The notes below the pieces were generated by a model, which worked only from the letters and a program-made list of their open reading frames with translations, made no database searches and was not told the DNA's origin. Below are positions 27,896 through 39,130 of a DNA stretch of 64,000 nt, piece after piece. Position 1 is the first letter of the stretch; every line of letters starts with the position of its first letter. Source of the stretch: Antedon mediterranea (lineage: Eukaryota; Animalia; Echinodermata); assembly GCF_964355755.1 (NCBI RefSeq), contig NC_092678.1, forward strand, positions 1,628,422-1,692,421. The letters are read 5' to 3'. Made by a program: the position numbers and the translations under genes.

Positions 27896-28675
27896 TTAAC
27901 TATTTTCTCCCACTTCCCTTAAACTTTATCCATACATAACAAGTAACCTCCTTTCGCAGCCCACATTATATTTTGATCTTCTAAATCAATCCTAACAACG
28001 ATAATGTTCAGTATTTTTGGTTGTTGCTATCTTTCTGTTTTTACTCTGCCAAACCAAACTTGGTCCTATCGATACGGCAACAACGTTAGTTCAGTTGGCC
28101 AAAGCAATGCCAAGTAAGGTAAATCATGCAGTAACACTCCTTTTTAGTTTAGTTAGCCAAAGCAATTAAAAGGTAAATCGCAGCATAAGACTCCTGCCAA
28201 CAGTCACTGATTGGTTTTGATCTGTTCGACATTGGGTACGTAGCATAAATGTGATGTTTTGCATCCTTCCCGGTTATAATACATTACATATGCCACCTAC
28301 TGTTTAGCGCAGAATGTTGTTCCAATTTGACAACTCATCCCTCGTGAGTTTTGTAATTATTCTGGGGATGTGATTTACCGTTTCATCATATTGATGAATT
28401 TCCTGTGTTTTACCATTACATTATTTGATAGACAGGGTCACTGAGTATATCAGCCTCTTCTCATTATTTTTGGTGATAATGTTATTAGCCAGGATTGGAT
28501 TGACAGTACTCAGGGTGTAATAACTCCTAAATGGAACCAATGACTTCCATGTATCATTAAAAATTGTAAAAAAAAAATAAACATTTTTTCTTATGAGTAA
28601 TAGCATTGCAAGTGGTATTGCAGTGTCTTTATTTTTTAGGTGATTTTCTCTAGGTATATCGCCTATTCCTTGTTT

Positions 28676-29075
28676 GCTTATGTTGGTTTATCTTTCCATT
28701 GGTAAATAGGGCTTATGTTGGTTTATCTTTCCATTGGTAAATAGGGCTTATGTTGGTTTATCTTTCCATTGGTAAATAGGGCTTATGTTTGTTTATCTTT
28801 CCATTGGTAAATAGGGCTTATGTTGGTTTATCTTTCCATTGGTAAATAGGGCTTATGTTGGTTTATCTTTCCATTGGTAAATAGGGCTTATGTTGGTTTA
28901 TCTTTCCATTGGTAAATAGGGCTTATGTTGGTTTATCTTTCCATTGGTAAATAGGGCTTATGTTTGTTTATCTTTCCATTGGTAAATAGGGCTTCTGTTG
29001 GTTTATCTTTCCATTGGTAAATAGGGCTTATGTTGGTTTATCTTTCCATTGGTAAATAGGGCTTATGTTGGTTTA
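28676..29075. repeat. 35-bp minisatellite, ~11.4 copies
   Basis: GCTTATGTTGGTTTATCTTTCCATTGGTAAATAGG. Confidence 0.97.
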
Positions 29076-30036
29076 TTCAGGTAAGCAGCACTGATAGACT
29101 ACCTACACCACTGTTGGTTTGTGCACCTATTTAAGGGACAATTTGTTCTGTCCTGTCAGTAGGTATCCCCTTATCTGCTATTGTAGCATAGAGCCTGTAG
29201 CATATCATATTGGTATTGGGACCTTAGGTAAACCAATACTTACTGTCTGGAGTTGAGCTTCCCCCTCGCAAATAATATTCTGCACTCATCCCATTTAGGA
29301 GCCTCTAAAATTTTTAATGCTACCAATAAAGTGTGTTCATTATCATTAGTTCCACGTGTACCTACCGGTACTAGATTAGTACAAGTTTAAAGGGGTTATT
29401 GTTAGTTCAAGTCTCTCTCAGTTACAAGTCTATAAATATTACAGACTTTTGCTGGTTGATTTGTTAAGAGCTTGTGCAATGAAAAAGCTAATTCATATGA
29501 GATCAGCTGATTATGGTCTGAGTAAGTTAACCCCGGCTGTACTTTGTATGGAACTACTGAACTGGGTATGTTTTACAACCAGATATAAAGCACTAAACAT
29601 TGATCTTTTTATTCAATGATTGTATATTTTTCCACTAGAAATTCTGCTTCTGTTTTTTAAAACATACCTTCATGTTGTCTTTGTGTTGCTAAAATTACCA
29701 ATTCATAAATTTATAAATACAGTTTGAAATATAGAATCATAATGAATTGTCTCACTTTTGAGAGTTTCTATCATAGATAATAATTTACTTAATTTTTTGG
29801 TTTTGGTTATCCGTATCATTATAAGGGAACCATGCGATGTTTTAAGTAAATATCGGTTGTAGATAAGCGGGTACTAGTTACGACTGATAAATGACAGTTA
29901 CTTATGCAGTATAATTTAATTTTTAAATATGAATTTGTATAAAAAAATGTTTAGATCACAAAGTTATGTTGTACTGTGTAAGGAAATTAATATTGGACTG
30001 TGTTGATCTGAAGATAAAAACATTGTGTTTTACAAA

Positions 30037-30247
30037 CAGTGACATAACGCAGAGGCCTGAGGCCCCTGATTTATAAACCCTAAGTGCCCCCCCCCCCCCC
30101 CCCCCCCCACCAACACTGGAGACCTCTGGCATTTTTAGCCTTTTTCGACATAATTTAATGCCTGTTTTTCCTCTGGGAAATGCTCATGGTCCCCACTAAG
30201 CTCAGGGCCCTGGGTTTAGCCAGTGCTCATAGGTGAATACGCCACTG
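30037..30247. mobile_element. hAT-like MITE
   Basis: CAGTGACATA...TACGCCACTG termini; 8-bp flanks TTTACAAA / TTTACAGA (7/8 match); internal poly-C. Confidence 0.7.
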
Positions 30248-30857
30248 TTTACAGAACAATGAGTTTCTGCACTATATTTATTTTTAGATGGATTTCCCCC
30301 CTCACTTTTTAATGGCAACCCCCACAATAATTATGAAACAGTCACTTCCTATGACTCGCAGTGTACTTTTAGAAACCCTGTTAAACAGGTTTTCTTTTCT
30401 TTCTCACAAACAATTAAACAATACCTGTTTTGTTAAAACACTCACAATACAAGTATTACATGAAATTATGGAATAAATTAAGACAAATTAGCATCTATAT
30501 TGACATTACAAAAGATTTACATCTTCCAAGGACGTAATAAAATGGTAATAATTTATTAATATAATTAAATAATTTATGACCTTGTGGAGTCAATGACAAC
30601 TAGATGTGTATAGATTGTTATCAGTTACATTGTCTGTGCAAAATATTACATGACTTTTTGTCTATTTACTTTTCAGGTGTATTGATTGTAAAGTCATTTG
30701 TACGTTACCGCACTCAATTTTATTATAATCGATATACAGTATCAATTTGAATTTTATAATATCATGCAATATTTATTATTCTTTAATATATACAGTCAAA
30801 CTCTTCCCTTGTTATTACACCCTTATTCATTGGACACTTACTAATACCAATTGACTA

Positions 30858-31185
30858 AAGATTTAAAGGTTTAAGATTAAGGGACATTTACCAATACAGT
30901 AAAACCCCTTCTTTGGGACATCCTTATTCAAAAGATTAAGGTTTAAGATTAAGGGACATTTACCAATACAGTAAAACCCCTTCTTTGAGACATCCTTATT
31001 CAAAAGATTAAGCTTTAAGATTAAGGGACATTTACCAATACAGTAAAACCCCTTCTTTGGGACATCCCTATTCAAAAGATTAAGGTTTAAGATTAAGGGA
31101 CATTTACCAATACAGTAAAACCCCTCTTTTGGGACATCCCTATTTAAAAGATTATGGTTTAAGATTAAGGGACATTTACCAATAC
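30858..31185. repeat. 72-bp tandem repeat, ~4.5 copies, containing a CAGTA-type MITE end
   Basis: GGGACATTTACCAATACAGTAAAACCCC at 30881, 30953, 31025, 31097 and 31169 (last partial). Confidence 0.92.
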
Positions 31186-31894
31186 CAAACTAACGAAAGA
31201 CAATGTAGAGTAAAACCCTTCCTTTGGGAGACTTCTTAAAAGGGGAGACTTTCCATTACCATTATTTTGCATTGCAGCTAAAAGTTACACAGCAATAACC
31301 AGTTAAATGGCTAAAACACCAAATCAATTGAATGTTTTAACTGTTATTTTGATAATGCCAGTTATTTCAAATTAAGTTTAATATTAATCAGTTATTTCTT
31401 TGAAGCAGGCCTTTAAGAGCCATGAAACAAGGTTATCTTTGTTGTTCCATCTCCAAAACACAAACAAAGAAAAACAAACAAAGAACAAATACCCTCGACT
31501 TTCTTATTAACAAAGTCAGTGGTTAATAATTATTTTCAGGAAGAGTTGCCAACATGTCGTGTCAAATTTGTTTCAAACAATAGAAACTGATTTATCAGCT
31601 TTCCTAATGATATCAATATTTATAATTGATTATTTCCCTGAATTTGGTTGTGTTCTATGAATATCTTCAATATGGTTTTGGTTTTATCCAAGAATTTGAT
31701 GGTACCAGCTTTGTTTAAATAGTTGGATTTTCTGATTATAGTTGAACCTCCTTTGGGTACATCTATTGAAGGAACAATTCTGTGAAATGAAATGAAGGGC
31801 AATATATGGCCAACCCCTATTCACTTCTCTGTGTCCCCTTAAAAATCAGGAGAAATTGATGGCCAACCATATTCAGGTGACACACCTATTAACG

Positions 31895-31981
31895 GGGCTT
31901 CTTGGTGGGCTTCTTGGTGGGCTTCTTGGTGGGCTTCTTGGTGGGCTTCTTGGTGGGCTTCTTGGTGGGCTTCTTGGTGGG
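31895..31981. repeat. 12-bp repeat (GGGCTTCTTGGT)x7
   Basis: Direct reading; lies inside a decayed MITE. Confidence 0.95.
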
Positions 31982-33160
31982 TCCTGAAGATGTTGCCTTA
32001 ATATGGGTTCTATTGTAATGTACCTTACATGAGACCAGGAACCTACCACTTATAAATATAATCTATGGTAGTTTTTAACAATAAATCTTTTGTTTCACTA
32101 AATTACTGGTTGCCTTTTGTTCTTACAGTACAAGAATATCTGTTAAAAATCTGTTAAATAAATTTATACCAACCAAAATTTGATTTTAATCTCTCAGCAT
32201 GTTCTTATTGTTTAACAGGCTCAAGGGAACCCTAAAGCTTAACAATATAAATGTAATAATTTGTGAACTATTCAACTCTATAGAATCGGCACACAACACC
32301 TTAACGCTAATATTTACATAAACAATTGATTAGCAATTTAATTAAATTGTTCTTTTAGATTAAATTCTCCAGTCTGGAAAATGATGCTAAAAATAGAATG
32401 AGTGCAAAAAATTCAGGGTTACAGTGAGGGTTATCCCTGAGGGTGTCCAGGGACTAATTGTTCCTCAGAGTTTGCACAGTGAGTGCTGTCTGTGAAAGTT
32501 TGGTGAGTATAGTTTCACAGGGAACTTTGGTATCATCTAGCCATGCATAAAGACCTTTGTATATGAATTCTGTTAATGATAAATCTTTTGTTTAATTTGT
32601 GTGGTACCAGTTTATTAAGCAAAAGAAAACATCAGTGTTATAAGTACGTAAATAGTCAATACCGTTTAAAAGGCTGGCCTTTAGTCAATTTAACTTTGGA
32701 GAATCAACTTTTGCATTTATGCTGACTGGACATATTTCAATATTGACATGACAAATTCAGTAATCTAAACCCCAGATCAGCCATTACAGTATTTAAGTTT
32801 CAGCCATTTTTTACAATTTTTTCTTTTGTAAACCTTAGTATCATTTTGTTTAATTATAAAGAAAAAAAAGGAATGTTACATCATACTGAAAAAAAAACAA
32901 TGTAAGAAAGAAAAAATACATTTTTTCAAATGATGCTACTCACTAAAATTTAAGAATAACATCTGAACTGGTTCTTTCTTTTTAATGTAGTGCCTTTTGG
33001 CACTACATTAAAAACTAGATAAATAGAATTAAAGTAGATCTATGCTAATTAGCAACTCAGCCTTACTTTGCTAGGTTAATAATGTGCATTATGTTTCACT
33101 GTATTTATTTCACTTTATGTGAAAATGTTGAAAGGAAATAGTTTACTTAAAAAAATGACT

Positions 33161-33715
33161 AAGCTATCAATGAAAAGGATGTGTGAACTTTTAAGAAGGC
33201 GACCCCAGATGAAAGATGAAGGTGAACATTGGTACTGTCAATGTTGGTTATATAAGCAACATGTCATGCATACTGAGGCTGGTGCACACTAAAGCAAACT
33301 GGATGCTGAGGCTGGTACACACTAAAGCACGCTGGATGTTCAGTAAGCTATTGATGGATGTGTGAACACTTAAGAAGGCAACCCCAGATGAAAGATGAAG
33401 GTGAACATTGGTACTGTGAATGTTGGTTATATAAACAACATGTCATACATACTGAGGCTGGTGCACACTGGATTCTGAGGCTGGTGCACACTGGATTCTG
33501 AGGCTGGTGCACACTAAAGCACACTGGATGGATGTTCAGTAAGCTATCAAAGGTGTGTGAACTCCTAAGAAGGTGACCCCAGATGAAAGATGAAGGTGAA
33601 CATTGTGGAACTGTCAATGTTGTTTTAAAGCAATACATCATACATACTGAGGCTGGTGCATACTAAAGCACACTGGATGTTCAGTCAGCTATCACTGATG
33701 AAAAGGATACATGAA
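33161..33715. repeat. ~180-195-bp tandem repeat, 3 copies, with nested CTGAGGCTGGTGCACAC subrepeats
   Basis: CCCCAGATGAAAGATGAAGGTGAACAT recurs at ~33203, ~33382 and ~33577. Confidence 0.9.
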
Positions 33716-34485
33716 CGTTGAGAGTTGATGATTAACTATGTCATATTATCTGCCTTTCTTGCGGCGAAAATCAATAAACATCGAATATTAAAATGTTTTA
33801 TTATTTTTCTGTATTGATATGTGGAGCATGCATGCTATATTGTAGTTGTTTTATTGTATCTTGTTGACCCTTTGCACTTTGTTATTAGCAATTTCCAGAC
33901 AAGACCCACTTTATAAGTTATTACTCCGTGGAAAGGAAACTAAATATTTTAATGGCTTGTCTGTACAACTGGTGTAAGTATACAGATATAGCAGCTCATA
34001 AGCTCATTCAAATTTACCGTATCTACTATACTATTTGTAACAGTAAGCGTTTGCAATTATGCATTTATATTGTTCAAATGATATGTGCAGACACAGCTAT
34101 AAAGCAACTATTGTGGTCTGAGTTTGGATGGACATTTATGTAATAATATCACCACATCAACCCCAATATCATGAGTGGGATGATGTAAGGCCCAAAATAG
34201 TTTGTACTTTCGAGACAACTCCGTTTTTGTTTAAATTATGTTTTATCAAGGTCTTGGCAAATATTTTAAGGCCATCTCCTAATCTACAAGGAGGTACCGC
34301 GGTTGCCATTAACATTTTTTACATAATGGTTTAATGTCTTTGTTGATACCAAGGCTTTTTACTAATTTCACAGGAGGTACCGCGTTGGTTCCCGCCATTA
34401 CATTGCGGTTAAATACTACTCGTGATTTAAAGCGAATTTTGTAAGAACCATAAAAGACAGAACTGGAACAAAGAATTCATAAAAT

Positions 34486-36052
34486 AACTAGACATGTAAC
34501 TCGTCACTTTGACGAGTTTGGTTATCCGCCGCGCAAGTGGTGCAACATTAACATTAAGGGGATAGGTTGAGGACAAAAGGAAGTGTTCACGTTGGCATTA
34601 TGACCTGAACTGAAGAATATGATATGTTGTTATTGCTGAATTTTATTATTTAAATTCATATATAGTATACACAGTATAATCTGTATCCATATCACATACA
34701 GTGTAGAATAGGTGAAATTACGGGACCCGCTATTTATTGCAATTTTTAACATGTTGACGGTTTTAAAATGAAACGCGAAGGTAGCAATTCCGAAAGGAAA
34801 TTATCTCAGCAACAACGTATTAGCGTGTAGGAGAAATTTGAATACGTGAAATATTGATGCGCGCTCTTTTAAATGTAATGAATTATGACGCAAAAGATGA
34901 AAATACGACCTTTTTTATTTAACTGGCCATATGATGACGTCACAACATCCGATTGGCAACATTTTTACATAATTTCGTATCTACAATCCAATAGCTTCCA
35001 GAAAAAGTTTTAATCGTGATTATCGCATTTTATTTTTACGAGCTATAACAGCTTAAAATTTACTGTAAAGATGAAATTGATGCCACACGTGATTAAAATT
35101 TTTAGGCATGATGACGTCAAAAAAATTAAAATATTTTTAACTCATGCGAAAGATAGTTGATTGACCTAGACAATATCAAAATCGGGGTGAAAATGGAAAA
35201 CGGATAAGTGGAGATGCGCTCTATTCAATGTGATGAGCTATGACGAAAGATACAAAAATCCTAAATTTTATATTCGCGTGGCCATACGATGACGTCACAA
35301 TGTCCGGTTAGCCATATTAATACCTGATCCGATATCTACAACTCATTTACTTCTAGAATATGTCATCCACAAAAATTTGACCGTCTAGTTTAGAAATTAC
35401 GACTGTTTAAAAAAAGGCATATTTTAAACGAATTTTTTAACCTTTTCATAAAAAACGCGCGCAAATTGTCCAATTCGACGTGCTCGTATGACGTATCTTT
35501 AAGTCGAAATTGTTTAAAATTTGGTAAAATTTCTAGAAAAGGCTGGAAAAACATAAATCACGCGAAAAAAATACGTTTTCAATGCTACGTGCGCACCGCA
35601 CACGTAAAAATGTGCGCACGCGTGGGAATTTTTGACATGCTTAAAACGACATGAAACGCGTAGAAAGTTGATTAGAAATTAATTTTGCGCATTTTGAAAT
35701 TTTAAATGCGCGTGCGCGCGTAACTTTGTGTAAAACACGGAATTTTTTTTCAACAGAAAGTTAGCGCATGATATAAATTAAACTTTTGCAAAGTTTCAAG
35801 TTGAAATGTTATTTGGTTGTCGAGCTATGTTAAATACGACAAAATCGTTAAATCGCGCGTAAGTCACGTTGCGCAATTGTAAACGTCATGAAAAGCTTCG
35901 CTTGACGACGTTACGTAAATGTCAATATGTTAAGATAGTTACCGAAATGTTATGTTTGCGAGTTTTAGAGAAAAGCGTTACACAAAAATCATACAGAATG
36001 ATTTCGTACAATCACAAGAGGTTATCCTGCAACTTCGTTGCGGATAACCAAA
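34486..36052 (-). mobile_element. Helentron-associated non-autonomous element (HINE / DINE-1-like), ~1.57 kb
   Basis: Subterminal IR TTTGGTTATCCGC (34517-34529) / GCGGATAACCAAA (36040-36052). 5' local hairpin GGTTATCC...GGATAACC (36020-36049). 3' stem-loop AACTCGTCA-CTT-TGACGAGTT (34498-34518) then CTAG+TT. Both ends abut T runs on the minus strand. Diverged ~350-bp internal duplication. Confidence 0.75.
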
Positions 36053-38649
36053 AACGCGTGTCTGGCCCTCCTGCGGGGAATTTACACCGCTTTAGGGTTC
36101 GAAAATCTTTGTCGATGTTAGTAATTCATTATAAAAGCAAATCACTCCGAAGCGTGCACTTGAGGTAGGTTCGTCGCAGCGACCCAGACAACTTGTCGGG
36201 TCAAGGAAACTACCAAAGTAAATTTTCCCGCCGTTTGTGAAGTCGGCAGACTATCGATTGCAGTGTTAACGACGACTAGTAAAAGGGCAGGTAGTCTGGA
36301 ATGTCAAATATTTGTTTCAATCGTATAGGCTTACTTTATTCATACGCTAGATTCCGTGGGAAGAATCCTTTAAGACTTGATTTGTAAAAGACGCGTCGCG
36401 TCCAACAAAGGCGGGAATAACATTTTTTGAATCGACGCATCATCCCCTCACCTGCATACTAAATCTACTCAATGATTGTGTAGACGTTATTGAGTTTTTA
36501 TCCAACTCGGATAATTATGCAAATGATTGGTCTTGTTGCAATGAAATTCATTACAAGAAAAGCACAAGTTTGTATCTGTCCGTCACCGGATGCCATCTGT
36601 TTTAGACTGGACTGCTTTCCTGAATGTAGCAGTCAGTTGATGCACATGCCATGCCTCATTGCAAGACTGGGGTTCAACGTTAAATTTGACCCACTTTTCG
36701 TGTAGGGTTTCTAATTCGGAACTCATCGTCATTCATTCAAGGACCATTGTCGTCCAGAATGGTACGACGATACAGTCCCACGTAGTTGTCTTTCCCAATC
36801 AGTTATTAAAGTATGCCTAATTTTTGAAAAACCTAATAAACGTTTTTGACATGTTGTAGTGATTTTTACGTTTTTACAAAATTATAGTTCCCGTGGACCC
36901 TTCCGACTATATATAGATATATTTTTTTAGTATGAGGCAAACACTCAAATAGCGAAAGCTATTTTTGTTTGCTCCAAGTTTCTATTGGTGAGTAAAGATT
37001 AATAATGATAGTCACACCCAAACTCATAATTCCGTGTTTCCTTTCTTACCTTTTAAGTATTTGTGGTATAGTATTGTACCATTATTTTGTTCCAATTAAA
37101 ACATGGTTTGGTAAGGCCTACTTTAGTAAAAATGACAATTTATAAGAAGGTAAAAATATACAGGATATACAATAAATATTCATCAGCAGAAGCAATGCGC
37201 GACATGATGCGATAAATGCTAATTACAATTCGATCTTCATCATCTTCTTCGTACCAAATTAGGAAACGACGAACTGATTCATGCTTCATTTACTGACAGA
37301 CATGACATCCTTTACGGATCCGTAAAGGTGAAAATTACAATGGGTCAACGTAAGGTCAAGTAATTAATGCGCTCAGTCGCAGGACTGGTCATAATCACAT
37401 ATCAAATTAAAAAATTATTGTATGCATGATAATTGGATTTTATTCGAATATGATACTTACACAAAACGTGCCTCGTTGGTTTTGTCTACATTAAGGCCGG
37501 AAAAATATCAAATTGATAACAAGTTTTTATTTAAAATATTGGTCTAGATTAAAGTAGAAGTTGTTTCTGTCTCCCACGAATTTAAAGGCAAAATGGAGTA
37601 GAGAACAATCGCGCCATCAATCAGGATATACTGCAACAAAAAGAACAAACTAATAACAAAATTGAACTAATATTAATAAGCGAACATCCCCATCCACAAC
37701 CTTCCTCCAATTCAACCTCTACCCAAATCATACAAGAAACAATGCCTTTAATCGGAGTTACTACCCGAGTAGATTTTGTTTACAAAAATAAATCCCAAAT
37801 TTAGGCCTAATAATAAATAAAAGAGAATGTAGGGCTAACTTACTTGTCACCGAGTCGAGACTTACATCGAATTAAACCTTTCTTTGTAATAGGCCTATAT
37901 TAGATTATAAATATGGCCAAAAGTAGATATACGATGTACTTTGAATATGTTTGTTTGTTCAAGTGTAGGTTTCGCAGGTGGAAACGATCAAATATCAATA
38001 TTTATTTGTTAAATCTGATTAATCCTGGTGCAAGAGTTCAAATTAAAGGTAACTTTTAACATTTAAGATATAATATACGGTAACACCAGAAAGGCTAATG
38101 CAAAATTGTTTTTCAGAATTTAAACGTCTTTGGAGCAGTTTTTGAAAATAAGGTTTTTGTGTTTTGCACGGAATAGAAAGAAAGCAACTCAAACCTGCCT
38201 TGCAGTAAGCTGAAATAAACGATAATTTATAAACGTTGAGAGGAATATTCCGAATATTTAATTACTTGTTATACTTTAAATATATAATAAATAAAATGGA
38301 TAGAAATTCTTAAATAATCATGTCAAGATATAAAAATAATGTTTAGGTTTCATTACTTTTTCCCATTATCCAATATAGCTAACTGAGGCGAGAAAAGATG
38401 ATAGTCTTTCTTACAAATTGATTTCAAAGAAATTTGGTAATTATATGAATATTATTGTACATTTGCAATCGGGTTAATGTATACACCCACACAAACTGTG
38501 CAAGCGTCCTCCTCCATCTTGATTCATCTTAATTTTCAATCCAAGTTTTAGTGTAATTTGTCATGATTCGTATTACAACCACGCACGGCAAATAACCTTT
38601 CGCACATTCACAATTGTTTAGGCTTTAACAAGCGATGTTAACTAGAAAT

Positions 38650-39130
38650 CTAGGCCGTCGGTGGGTAGGTTAATCAGCAAGTCAATGAGTAGGTGTATGT
38701 AGAGAATTCTACTTTTCTTCTGATGGCATTGAACGTTGATGGATGTTACGTAGGCAGCTATGTTGTGTAGGTGTGGTTGTATATCAACTGCATTGTGTTA
38801 CACCTTCTGTGAAAGGTCTTATGAGGTTAATGTTATGATGAAAGTTGTGATGTTGTTGGTGTTTTGTTTTTTTACGAGGGAGGGGATTCATCCTTCATTT
38901 AGTGTTCTCCTTTGGTTCACCTGTCGATACATATAACATTTGAGTTATGTTGTGTAGGATAGGAGTGTTTTATAGTATTTGGCATGTCACTTATGAACAT
39001 ATGTGTTATGTCTCCTGTAAATTTATTGAGTCCATGTTTCCTTTTAAAATTTAAGACCAAAAATAGTAAAGTTGTGTTTCCACATCACTAAAAACACCAT
39101 GTATATCATCCTCAAAATTGTTTCCACAAC
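38650..39130 (-). mobile_element. Possible highly decayed L2-clade LINE ORF2 fragment
   Basis: Minus strand gives, with frameshifts, ..YF.VLNFKRKHGLNK..HMFIS..HNS and a later *NSL, weakly recalling the LYFL..LKR.GL..WNSL region of L2/Daphne ORF2. Confidence 0.3.

Noticed and set aside
30863-31075. Repetitive ORF KKGFYCIGKCPL (also 42674-42946 and 61745-62093)
   Set aside because: Translation of tandem or low-complexity repeats.
36480-36735. Possible decayed coding sequence on the minus strand (MSSELETLHEKW...)
   Set aside because: Interrupted by stops and has no recognisable domain; cannot be supported without a search.
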